The translations under genes and the position numbers were made by a program. This document shows, piece by piece, positions 24,513 to 36,737 of a stretch of 64,000 nt of DNA. Position 1 is the stretch's first letter. Each line of letters begins with the position of its first letter. A model generated the notes under the pieces. That model was not told the origin of the DNA. It searched no databases and saw nothing but the letters and a program-made list of their open reading frames with translations. Source of the DNA: Octopus sinensis (lineage: Eukaryota); contig NC_043012.1 of the NCBI RefSeq assembly GCF_006345805.1, positions 53,816,001-53,880,000 of the forward strand. Reading direction: 5' to 3'.

Positions 24513-24809
24513 GGGTAAGCACGAAAACCGTACTGAAGGTAGCAAAGTGTTCTGTTTTTGTTTTTTTCCTCTTTTTCTTTCTTATCAACCTCACCTATTC
24601 TGAGGATAGACTGCTGCAAATGGTGCTTTCCTGTGCCAGCACCTGAAATTCTGGCATTCATTTCAGCCTCCCAATTAATTATCTTTGGATTAGTTTTTAT
24701 GACCATTAAATATGATGAAAAGAATATTTTCAAAATTTGAAGGAAAAACTGAAACGGCGAAATGAATTTGTCTGTCCCCACCCACGAACACACAGGCACA
24801 CACACACAT

Positions 24810-25306
24810 GCGTTCATATATATATATGTATGTATGTATATTTGTGGATATGTATATATGTATGATTATATGTATATATATGCATGTATATATGAATGTA
24901 TATTTATGTATATATATATGTGTATATATGCATATATATACATGCATGTATGTATGCATATATATGTGTGTATGTATGTACATATGTGTATATATATATA
25001 TACATGTGTGTATATATGTATGTATATATATATATATATATATATGTGTATATGTATGTGTGTATATATGTATGTATATATATATATATTATGTGTATAT
25101 GTATGTGTGTATATATGTATGTATATATATATATATTATGTGTATATGTATGTGTGTATATATGTATATATATATTATGTGTGTATATATGTATATATAT
25201 ATATATATTATGTGTATATGTATGTGTATATATGTATGTATATATATATATATATATGTGTATATGTATGTGTATATATGTATGTATATATATATATATT
25301 TATGTG

Positions 25307-25337
<31 letters not shown>

Positions 25338-25570
25338 TATGTGTATATGTATGTGTGTATATATGTATGTATATATATATATATATATATTGTGTATATG
25401 TATGTGTGTATATATGTATGTATATATATATTATGTGTATATGTATGTGTGTATATATGTATGTATATATATATATATTATGTGTATATATGTATATGTA
25501 TATATGTGTATATATGTATCTATATATATATGTACCTATGTATATGTTTATATATAGGTGTGTGTGTGTT
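24810..25570. repeat. (TA)/(TG) microsatellite with higher-order ~45-bp period
   Basis: Recurring TATGTGTATATGTATGTGTGTATATATGTATGT(AT)n unit. Confidence 0.95.
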
Positions 25571-25975
25571 ATGGGAGCGATATATAGCAGGTCTCCAATC
25601 GATGTTCGTTCATTAAATATCGTTTCGCTTGAACGTTAATGAGAAATAAGATAAAAAAACTTCCAAATTCCTAAATACGTGAATCATAATTGATTGAAAA
25701 GCATTGATATAATATAGTACGAAAGCGTTTAAAGTGAATCAGATATCTGTATTTTCCGGTTTCTGTAGAATTTAGCTTAATATACTCATAGATAATTACT
25801 AAGTATGGTAATTACGCACTAAAACGATCTTTTGATCACTTTAAACGGATATAAACAAATACAAAATTATAAACAATTATTAATAAGGAGACTAATAAAT
25901 TAGCTACCCTTGTTTAATGATTGTCATCTAAGATAAGATCATTATATATTTACAATCTAATACGTAGATACACTC

Positions 25976-26184
25976 TTTTACTTGTTTCAGTCATTTGACT
26001 GTGGCCATGCTGGAGCACCGCCTTTAGTCGGGCAAATCGACCCCGGGACTTATCTTTTGTAAGGTTACTACTTATTCTATCGGTCTCTCTTTTGCCGAAC
26101 CGCTAAGTTACGGGGACGTAAACACACCAGCATTAGTTGTCAAGCGATGCTGGGGAGGGACAAACATACACACACACACACACT

Positions 26185-26244
<60 letters not shown>

Positions 26245-26368
26245 TTTTTACGACGGGCCTTTTTCAGTTTCCGTCTACCAGATCCTCTCACAAGCCTTTG
26301 GTCGGTCCGAGGCTATAGTAGAAGACACTTTCCCATGGTTCCACGCAGTGAGACTGAACCCCGAACCA
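25976..26368 (-). mobile_element. SINE family A, young copy; head abuts a plus-strand family-B tail (26368-26500)
   Basis: Near-identical to the reverse complement of 58330-58715. Confidence 0.9.
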
Positions 26369-26964
26369 TCCTTTCGTTCATCCTTTCGGTGTCGATTAAA
26401 GAAGTACCAGTTACGCACTGGAATCGATATAATCGACTTAATCCGTTTGTCTGTTCTTGATTATCTTCTCTGTGTTTAGACCCTTGTGGGTAGTAAAGAT
26501 ATAGGTAGTTGTGTGTGTGTATGTGTGTGTGTGTTTGATAACGGGTGTTGGTTTGTTTATGTCCCCATAAACTTGCGGTTCAACAAAAGAATCCGATAGA
26601 GTAACAGATTTAGAACTCTTTAAAATGTAATTCCTGATGTCGAATGTTTCGATTCAATCCATCACATCGGTGCTGCACCATGACCGCAATCCATGACTGA
26701 CACAAATAAAAGAATAAAAAACACTAAACGCAAAAAGTTTCCTGTACTTGTCTGAGTGTTGGGTCCTTTGGGTGCTTGGATAAAATGCGGATGTCAAGTT
26801 GACCCAGGCATATTTATATACAGGTAGATTTGTTAGTGGACTGTTACGTATATGTATGTGTGCGTGTGTATATATGTATACGTATATGAATGTGTACATG
26901 GATGTAGGGAAATGGATATGAATGTAAACAGTGTGTGTCCTTCTGTGAAGTGAAGTGTGTGTGT

Positions 26965-28195
26965 GTGTATATGGTCACGTGTTTCAGTTTTCATTTGCAT
27001 ATGTGTGTGTATGTGTGCTTGTCTAATCATATTACTTATGTACCTATCTGTCTGTATGTCTATCTGTTTACATTCTTATACATTTCCCTACATACATTTA
27101 CACATTCATATACGTAAACATATATACACACTCACACATACATCTACATAACAGTCCACTAACTATTCTACAGGTATATAACTATAAACTGTGGGTATGG
27201 GGGTATGCTTACCTACTACATATATTTCCTATTTAGTACTGGAGATGTTTCATTTACGAGGATGTCCTCCTATATTTGGCTGAGTTTTGGGTCCTTTGGA
27301 TGCTTGGATAAAGTGCTGATGTCACGTTGACCCAGGTTGCCTCCATGTAGGTCCTTGGCATATCGGATAGAGTATGGAGGACTGTTTTTATCGTCATGTT
27401 GTTTCAAATGGTTATTTAGTCTTTCCGCAATGCTCCTAGATGTCTCTCCTAATATGTCATGTTCATGTGTTTAAAAAGCACCTCTATGCACATTATGCTG
27501 TAGACTACATTTCAAGTTCTACAGTTAATACCAGGGTTAATCCTACATTCCATGCAGTTCTCATTGGTGCATATGGTATTCCAAAAGGGGTTCGTCCTAT
27601 ATAATTGTGATTTGATGGATACCCCTGGCTTTTCAACGATCTCAATGTTGAATTCGGTCTCCTTCAGAGCTTTCCTAGATCTACGGGTTAGTCCTCCATG
27701 GGCTGTGGCCTTACAAACATCAGTCCTTGATATTTGTCGGTTTTGTACCACGTGTTCACCATGTTTGCTTTGTCACAAGATCTTTGTATTCTGTTCCAGT
27801 CTTTACTTCTATATCTAGTCCTCCATACTCTACCAATATACCAAGGACTCATATGGGTCAACGTGGGCCAACATGGGTCAACTTGACATCCGCATTTTAT
27901 CCAAGCACCCAAAGGACCCAACACTCAGACAAATACACGCGTACGTCCTCATAAATGAAGCATCTCCAGTACTAAATAGGAAATATATGTAGTAGGTAAT
28001 CTTACTCCCATACCCACAGTTTATAGTTATATAAAGGTAGAATAGTTAGCGGACTGTTATGTAGTTGTGTGTGTGTTTGTACACGTATATGTATGTGCAC
28101 ATATATGTAGGTAAATGGATATGAATGTAAACAGACAAGCACGCATACACACATACATATGCAAATGCGGGCTGAAACACATGACCATATACACA
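26965..28195 (-). mobile_element. Penelope-like element 3' part (RT thumb/linker + GIY-YIG) with inverted duplicate of its 3' end
   Basis: Minus frames WYKTDKYQGLMFV, IVEKPGVSIKSQLYRTNPF..C..C..C..CRT and NVVYSIMC..GETSRSIAERLNNH; 26965-27347 is an inverted repeat of 27872-28195. Confidence 0.85.
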
Positions 28196-28204
28196 TTTCC
28201 CAGA

Positions 28205-28510
28205 CGGGTCAGTTTTTATTGAGCGAAAACACCTAAAGTTCCATGTGGCTCTGGAAGGAGTGGTGGTGAACCCCGCTGTACTCTTTCACCAAAACTTTCT
28301 CTCACTCTTTCTTCCTGTTTCTGTTGTACCTGTATTTCAAAGGACCAGCCTTGTCACACTCTGTGTCACGCTGATCTCACCGTGAACTACGTTAAGTGTG
28401 AATGCTGTGGCGGAGTGCTCAACCACTTGCACGTTAATTTTACGAGCTAGCTATTCCGTTGATCGGAATAACTAGAACCCTCAACGTCGTAACTGACGGA
28501 GTGCCACGAT
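28205..28510 (+). mobile_element. SINE: family-C middle + Deu-like tail
   Basis: GAGCGAAAACACCTAAAG..CTTTCTCTCACTCTTTC, then ACCTGTATTTCAAAGG..CAACCACTTGCACGTTAAT..GACGGAGTGCCAC. Confidence 0.7.
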
Positions 28511-28789
28511 ATATATATATAATGGAGAAATTGTACAAAATGTATAAATGTATGATGAGTAAAACACCGGCACAGTTTCGATTATATATATCATAAACGT
28601 AAGATGGAATATACGAGAATTTATTATTAATCACGACAATTGTTTCAAAACCTCTAGCATCGATCCCTCACTGGTAGGACACTAAACTGGTTCATGAGCA
28701 TCCGGTATTGCAGATGTGTCGCATCGGGTGATAAACAGATACAACTCTTTAAAATAACTGTTCTGCAATGTATCTTCTCATTCGTTTTG

Positions 28790-29065
28790 TTTGTTCCTTT
28801 TCGAGCCATGCCTGGCTCATAAGGGCCGGTATAGGTTCCCCACCTGGACGAGACGCCGGTCCGTCGCAGGTGAGATGCAAGAGGAAAGAGTGAGAGAAAG
28901 TTGTGACGAAAGAGTCAGCAGAATTTCGCCATTACCCTCTGCCGGATCCGCGTGGAGCTTAGGTGTTTTGCTCATAAACATACACATCACCCACTTTGAG
29001 ATTCGAAACTGCGATCCCTCGACCGCGAGTCCGCTGCTCTAACCACTAGGCCGTGTGCCTCCACA
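28790..29065 (-). mobile_element. SINE family C2
   Basis: Collinear with 10783-11085. Confidence 0.9.
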
Positions 29066-30391
29066 CTAATATATATATATATAGATAAATAGATAGATAG
29101 ATAGCAGTACTCGTTTCAATTTCCCACTTTAATAGGAGATAACCTAATGATGTTTCGGTCGTAAGCACCCAGTTTTCTCTCAGATATAATGTAGCTAGGA
29201 AAACAAGGATTTTCATTGTCAGTGTCCGGCGTTGTCATCATCATTCTGACTTTCATATGTCCATGTACAAATATGTGTATATTTTTCTAACATAGACACA
29301 ATGCCGACATTTTGGAGAGTGAGCGAGTTATTTAAATCTATATCGACCTATATTTTACGCATATTGTCTGTAATTAAAATATATATTGATTAGATTGTTA
29401 CGGCCAGAATACCTTTGTGCTTATTTCCTAACGGCTTATTGAAACGTAAGCAAAAACTTTAGAAAATCAAATGAACCATGTATTTCTATTATAAAGAATA
29501 CAAACATTGTGCCTGGAAGAATAAATTCCTGCAAAATTACCATAATTCTCTTTCAACAAATTGGACACATACAGAGTATTTTATTTCCCGGGAAACGCTG
29601 GGTATCCTGCTAGGAATTTCAAAAATTGTTCTCCAACGCAGTAAAGCAAAAAAAAAAGAAAGAAACTATGGAAATAGACTTTGTTGCTTAACCTTTCGAA
29701 ATAACTTGCTTTCAGCAATGCCTAATTGGTACTATTGATCTATTCTTCTCTGCAACAATTGAACTGTTTCGAGAAAAAAAAAACTGAAGCACGGTAAAAT
29801 AAACGAATGATATCTACGAGAAGCTAAGAACGTACTTAAACTCTTACCTATATACAGAATCCTCTTAATGTGGTAACTAATATATCTTTGTAGTTTAACT
29901 TTGAGATGGAGTCAGACAGACAACTGATATAGTTCATATCATATTTCATGTAATCGCGTGTTTTGGACTATTACAATTTATTATCTCAACATAGCGGTAT
30001 ATTTTCAAAACCATCCTTACATATAATCAAGCCTGTATTACCCATCACTCATATATGTATATGTATGTATCATTATCTCTCCTTCCCTCCTTCTCTCTCT
30101 CTCTCTCCCTCGCTCCATGCGCACACACATATAATTGCTTTGAGAAAGAAGATTGATTAGAAATTCTCTCACAATGTAGACGTTTGGACTTAGGAGTGCT
30201 CAAGAGTAACTTGAGACGAAATATATAAATATGTGATGTGAAGAAACAATAGACCTGAGAATTCAATCTCTAATCACACATATTAGAGATGGATTTAAAA
30301 GACAAATGTACATGACAGAATAAAAATATATAATTACAGACACTTTTTTTTAAATCTATAAGTAAATGAATATATTAAAAATATATGTGTC

Positions 30392-30691
30392 AATAAGAGA
30401 TTTTAAAGAATCTTCGGATGCAGACATAAATTCTTTAAAACATGCGTGTTTAGATCAAAATATTGGAGAACATCTGATGTGGTGAGAGAAATGAAATAAA
30501 AGATACAATGGCGGATAGAATTCGGGTCGAATTTAACTAATTTTAACTATCCTGAATTTTAACTTCACTCCTCCTTGTATCTTTTATCACGTTTCCATCA
30601 CCACTTCAGATATTCTCCAATATTTTTGCCTAAACACGCATGTTTCAACGTTTTTATGTCTGCATCGGGAGGTTCATTACAATCTATTATT
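30392..30691. repeat. ~300-bp imperfect palindrome (fold-back element)
   Basis: Arm 30392-30515 matches the reverse complement of 30568-30691 at roughly 80% by eye. Confidence 0.85.
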
Positions 30692-30914
30692 ATATACTCA
30701 TATACATAAATATATATGCATATGTATATACGTATTGATACACACATACACATATATATACAGAGACACACACACACACACGCACACACACATATATATA
30801 CACGTATATATGTATATGAAAATATAATATATATATGTACATATATATATATATAATATATATAATATATATATATGAAAATATAAATATATATATATAT
30901 ACATATATATATAT

Positions 30915-31555
30915 ACTAGCAGTATCGCCCGGCGTTGCTCGGGTTTGTAAGGGAAATAACTATATAAGCATTTTTAGAGAGTTATAGCCAAAAAATAGCA
31001 AAAAATGCATTAAAAATGGAAAAAATATGATGGTAAATTTTTTTTAAATCGTTGACTCATCGTAGACATTTTTAGAGAGTTACTTCCCTTATATAATAGC
31101 GAAAAAATGCATTAAAAATGGAAAAAAAAACGATGGTAAATTTTTTTTAAATCGTAGACTCATGTAGACGCTTTCTTAGCCATTTCTGTTTTGGTGTCTT
31201 CAAGCCATGAAGTCGTTGTTCTAAAAGAACACTGGTCTCCTTGACAACGCATTACGACGTTGATTTCCTTACACTCCCTTCCCCACAGGTGCAGGTGTGA
31301 GCGTGGACGCCAACTCCGCTCCGCCATCGACACACGAAAAATTATGCATTAAAATGGAATAAAAAATGATGTTAAATTATTTTTAAAATCGTAGACTCAT
31401 CGTAGACGCGCGCTAATATTCAGACGGGCTCGATATGAATCACGACTATAAGCTACCCGAATTTGGTTAAACTGTACCGCAAAATGTGGGAGTAGTTAGG
31501 AATCTAAATCGAAGGGGACAGACACTCACACAACTACAGTTTTATATATATAGAT
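30915..31555 (+). mobile_element. Non-autonomous Helitron/Helentron-type element (HINE/Lep1-like) with internal ~100-bp repeats
   Basis: 5' ACTAGCAG..CCCGGCGTTGCTCGGG hairpin; 3' GACAGACA..TTTTATATATATAGAT; three copies of ATGCATTAAAA(A)TGG..AAATCGT(A/T)GACTCAT. Confidence 0.7.
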
Positions 31556-31574
31556 ATACATAGCGCAGTAGTGG

Positions 31575-31935
31575 TGAGATATGACAGCAAAGAAAAGCAT
31601 ACATTCACTCTCTGCATGCAATTAGACTCGGAAAGTTCGTGAGGAACTCATTGACCCAATTTGCTGACTTTTCCGATAGCACACAGGTGTCAATGAATGG
31701 TTGAATGACCAAATCCAAGCTTCTCTGCTAGTTCCTCAACAGTTACGATGATATTTTGTTCCACCAGGGTTTTCAGGATGTCCTTGTCGAGTTCTACAGA
31801 TCTTTCAGGATGAGGCTCGTCTTCTAGGCTGTAGTTTATGGCTCGGGATTTCTGGAACCACCATTGACACTGCCTTACGCTTATTGTCCAATCCCCATAT
31901 ACTGCATTAATATTTCTTGTACTTTGCACACATTT
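31575..31935 (-). pseudogene. Mariner transposase N-terminal fragment (two HTH domains)
   Basis: RNINAVYGDWTISVRQCQWWFQK..SLEDEPHPERSVELD..TVEELAEKLGFGHSTIH..GQ*VPHELS (WVPHEL motif). Confidence 0.9.
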
Positions 31936-31984
31936 ATATTCTGTTATTCTTTTATATGTTTCAGCCTTGAGTTGTGGCCATGCT

Positions 31985-32285
31985 GGATCATGTGTGTGTG
32001 TGTGTGTGTGTCTATCTGTCTGTCTGTCTGTATGTATATATGTATATGTATGTGTGTGAACAATAATATTTTCAACAGATGTGTTGCAAATGTATCTGAT
32101 TGTTCTCAAGCTTCAATACTGTGTGTGTGTGTATGTGTGTGTGTGTATGTATGTATGTATATGTATGTATGTATGTATATGTATGTATGTATGTGTGTAT
32201 GTATGTATGTGTGTGTGTATGTGTGTATGTATGTGTATGTGTGTATGTATGTATGTATGTATGTATGTATGTATGAGTGTATGTT
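31985..32285. repeat. (GT)/(ATGT) compound microsatellite
   Basis: Directly visible. Confidence 0.9.
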
Positions 32286-32712
32286 TACTTTATTACTAAT
32301 TACTCTCTTCCAAGAACATTTTCACTCACTCTTAGCTCTTAGCTTCCCATACATTTTACTCATGTATCTATCATCGTCATAGACAGAATACTTTCACTTA
32401 AGACTTCCTCAAATCACTGTCTATTTACTTTCATTTTATTCGTTGCCCACTGTGTGTGTGCGTTTGCGTGTGGTGTAAACCAGACTAAGAAAAGCATTTG
32501 ACACACACACCAGAATGTGAGTTTTCTGTAAATTTTGCTTAATTGGAGTTTAAATTTTAAAAACTGGACCTGGCATGACGCGATGCATTGTACTCTCAAA
32601 AATGCTAGGTAAATTGTAATTGAAGAAATCCTATATTGTAGATTTGTATAACTCCCAAAGGGAGGCAGATAAAATCTGCCTTTTATAATAAGATATATAT
32701 AATATATATGAA

Positions 32713-32770
<58 letters not shown>

Positions 32771-32782
32771 CTATATATATAT

Positions 32783-34205
32783 ACTTTGATACTTTGATAG
32801 GTTTCAGCCATTATTGGGCCAGGCCATGTCTAACTTAATAGCACCACCTGGTGAAGTCTTTCAAGTCAGAATTTGGGCACTATGGCCCACTCAAGTAGAG
32901 AGTTATTGTTTACAGAGACATATCCGGGTGCAGGAGGTTTATCCGGGGTTTCTTGAAGGAATCTGTCCAAAGACTTCTTGAAGCCTATAGGGTCTGTTTC
33001 TGTTTTAATGTGTTTTGGTGTAATATTAAAGAGAGAGGGGCCAATTGAGGTGAAATAATTGTGCCGTATTGTTGTTATGAGATGAGAGTGCGATTTTTAT
33101 TGTTGGCGGATGGCACGGGGCCCAAGCCGTGGATGTACCTTAAAGGTGATGCCAACATCATTTGGGCAATGCTGATGGAATATTTTCCACATCATGCAGA
33201 TGATGTAGCGCTCACGTCGACGTTGGAGAGAATAAAGTTTTAGCTTTTTTAGTCGACCCCAATAGTCGAGGCCTGTCATGCCATCTGTCTTTTTTGTGAT
33301 TGACCTTTGAGGTGCTTCAACTTGTGTGGGGAGACCACAGTGGACAACAGTATTCAAGGTGGGGTCGGGCAAAAGTTGAGAAGAGAACGATAATGGTGTG
33401 GATATCTCTCGACTGGAAAGTTCTGAGAATCCAGGAACACATTCTGCGGGCCATGTCAACTTTGGTATTTATATGAGTGGCCCAGTTTATGTTGTTGTCC
33501 ACAATTACTCCCAAGTTTCTGATGTTGGATGCCACGTGAGTTTCACCTGAAGGAAGGGAGTATGGGAGTTTCAGGGCATCCTCTTTTCCAAAGTGGATTA
33601 ACTCGAATTTATCCTCGTTCAGCAGCATATTGTTCTTTTCTGCCCATTGGATAACAGCCAGTAGATCTGACTGAAGGCATGTCCGGTCACTCGCCTCATT
33701 TATGACCTTCTGGAGCTTGGAATCATCTGCAAAGATTTTTATGTTGCTGTGCTTGATGATGTCATTAATCTCATTAATGTAGATGATGAAGAAAAGAAGT
33801 GGGCCCAGCACAGTGCCTTGTGGAACGCCACTACTTACTTTGGCTGGGCTTGATTTTACTGCTTCAACTACATGTTGAGATCTGTCTGTCAGGAAACACT
33901 TGATCCATTTCAGTAACTTTCCAGAGACACCAATGTTGGATAGTTTTTTCAATAGGATCTTGTGATCAACCCTGTCGAAGGCCTTGCTGAAATCAAGGGA
34001 GATGACATCGGTGTTGGATCCCTCTCCCAAAGCTCTCAAAATGTCATCAAAGTGATGCAGGAGCTGCGTTAGGCAGTCCCTTCCATTACGGAACCCATGT
34101 TGGTTAGAGATCAGCCGTCTGTTGCTTTCCAGAAATTGGGTTATTCGAGATCTCACCACCCTCTCAAATACCTTGATGATATGAGAGGTGAGTGAGATCG
34201 GACAT
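32783..34205 (-). mobile_element. CR1-clade LINE, 5'-truncated, RT domain largely intact, (ATCAAAGT)2 tail
   Basis: PISLTSH..QHGFR..LDFSKAFDRVDH..SGVPQGTVLGPLLF..FADDSKL..RPHLEYCCPLWSPH; frameshifts near 33330 and 33100; YWGRLKKLKLYSLQRRRERY; flanked by (TA)-rich arrays. Confidence 0.97.
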
Positions 34206-34930
34206 ATGAATGTATGTATGTGTATATATATATCTATATATATATATATAATATACATATATATATATGAATGAATATATATATATTATGAATGAATATA
34301 TATATTTATGAATGAATATATATATATTTATGAATGAATATATATATATTTATGAATGCATATATATTTATGAATGCATATATATTTATGAATGCATATA
34401 TATTTATGAATGCATATATATATATGAATGCATATATATATATATGTATGTATATATGAATGTAATAGATATATATATATATATATGTATGTATATATGA
34501 ATGTATATATATGTATGTATGTATATATGAATGTATATATATGTATATATATATAGAATAATATATATGTATATATATATATGAATGTATTATATGTATA
34601 TATATATATGAATGTATATATAGTATATATATATAGATGTATATATATATATATTATATGTATGTATGTATGTTATATATATAATATGTAGTATGTATAT
34701 ATGAATGTATATATATGTATGTATGTATATATGAATGTATATATATGTATGTATGTATATATGAATGTATATATAAGTATGAATATATGAATGTATATAT
34801 ATGTATGAATATATGAATGTATATATATATATGTATGTATATATGAATGTATAAATATATATATATATATAATATATATATAAATATGCGTGTATTTATA
34901 TATATATAAACATATATGTATATATACATA
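34206..34930. repeat. (TA)-based minisatellite with ATGAATG(A/C/T)(AT)n units
   Basis: Directly visible. Confidence 0.95.
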
Positions 34931-34934
34931 GAAA

Positions 34935-34962
34935 CAAGCAGAGATACCCGGCGTTGCTTGGG
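34935..34962 (+). mobile_element. Isolated HINE 5' end stub
   Basis: AGCAGAGATACCCGGCGTTGCTTGGG matches the 5' hairpins at 30915 and 35839. Confidence 0.55.
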
Positions 34963-34974
34963 ATTAAAATGGCA

Positions 34975-35180
34975 TAGCTTTGTTTTACGTGTTTTTGATC
35001 TGCGGCCATGTTGGAGCAACATCTTTAGTCGAAGAAATCTACCACAAGATTTATTCCTTGTAATGCCAGTACTCATTCTATCGGTGTATTTTGTCAAACA
35101 GATGAGTTATGGATGCGTAAACAGAGCAAAATCTGTTGTCAACCGATGGTAGGGGTACAAACACTGACACAAACGCAAAC
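34975..35180 (-). mobile_element. Family-A SINE 3' half
   Basis: GCGGCCATGTTGGAGCA..CATTCTATCGGT..GTCAACCGATGG. Confidence 0.75.
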
Positions 35181-35389
35181 ATACATACATATATACATAT
35201 ACATACATATGTAAACATATATATGTATGTATACATATATTGATACATGTATATATAAATGTATATATATACATATATATATATATATACACACACACAC
35301 ATGTATGTATATACATGTACATGTATATATACGTGTATATATATGCATATAAGTATACCTATACATATATATACCTGTATGTATGTATA

Positions 35390-35838
35390 TATATATGTAC
35401 ATTTATAAATATATAGATGTACATTTATAAATATATATATATGTACATTTATATATATATGTACATTTATATATATATATGTACATTTATATATATATAT
35501 ATATGTACATTTATATATATATATATGTACATTTATATATATATATATATGTACATTTATATATATATATATATATATATATGTACATTTATATATATAT
35601 GTACATTTATTATATATATATGTACATTTATATATTATATATGTACATTTATATATATATATATATATGTACATTTATATATATATATGTACATTTATAT
35701 ATATATATGTACATTTATATATATATATGTACATTTATAGATATGTATGTACATTTATAGATATGTATATGTACATTTATATATATATGTACATTTATAT
35801 ATATATATATATATATAAATATATACATTTATATATAT
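35390..35838. repeat. Minisatellite ATGTACATTT(AT)n, roughly 18 units
   Basis: Directly visible; the unit recurs at 36481. Confidence 0.95.
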
Positions 35839-36469
35839 ACTAGCAGCATAGCCCGGCGTTGCCCGGGTATGTAAGGCGTCCCCTAGGCAGTCTGTGGTTT
35901 GTGTTTAATACACAAATCGGTTTGCTATGTGTGCCACATATGATTTAATTAACCGATTTTTCCAGTAATAGAGTATCCTATTGGAATAAAAGGGGCCATA
36001 TAGCTCCTTGGAGCAGACATGATGCTCGCTGTGAAATTTAAAAAAATTCCTGCCAATTTGTGAAAGATATTGTCGAAAATATGTCATCTTGAATTTGAAC
36101 GCGATTTCCCAAATTGGCATGATTTTATCGATTTTTTCTGGTGGTAAGGTATTTCATGGAAAACTAACGTCAGAATTAAGTTTCTTATGGTAACATTAAG
36201 CTTCACCATGAGTTTAGTGAAAATCAATTGCAAGTTGCGAAAACTACAACAGAAAATGTGCTGCATATGAAAAGCTTAGATTCTCGACCCCATGTCGAAT
36301 TTATCAATTTTTTCAGAACTGAGGGAACTTTTCAAAATTTTCGCTGCGTTAGTTTTGAATCATGACATTGGGCTATGTGTGTGCTAAGTTTCAGCAGAAT
36401 CGGTTGAAAGCCGTGGTAAGGGTAAAACCTGACAGACACACAGACAGACAAACTGCTGTTTATATAGAT
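35839..36469 (+). mobile_element. Second HINE/Lep1-like family
   Basis: 5' ACTAGCAG..CCCGGCGTTGCCCGGG; 3' GCTAAGTTTCAGCAGAATCGGTTGAAAG..GACAGACACACAGACAGACAAAC..TATATAGAT. Confidence 0.75.
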
Positions 36470-36490
36470 ATATATATATATATGTACATT

Positions 36491-36540
<50 letters not shown>

Positions 36541-36542
36541 TC

Positions 36543-36737
36543 TTTACTACCCACAAGGGGCTAAACATAGAAGGGACAAACAAAGAGAGACAAACGGAAT
36601 AAGTCGATTATATCGACCCCAGTGCGTAACTGATACTTATTTAATCGACCCCAAATGGATGAAAGGCAAAGTCGACCTCGGCGGAATTTGAACTCAGAAC
36701 GTAACGGCAGACGAAATACAGCTACGCATTTCGCCCG
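36543..36737 (-). mobile_element. SINE family B1, head cut by the adjacent MITE
   Basis: Reverse complement of the 37719 copy up to CATTTCGCCCGG. Confidence 0.9.

Noticed and set aside
24762-25639. Long ORFs (247-284 aa), and similar ones at 34-36, 54 and 62-64 kb
   Set aside because: These are translations of (TA)/(TG)/(GA) repeats, which lack stop codons. There is no coding signal.
35390-35838. Repeat-spacer appearance resembling a CRISPR array
   Set aside because: The spacers are only (AT)n of variable length, the context is eukaryotic and there are no cas genes.
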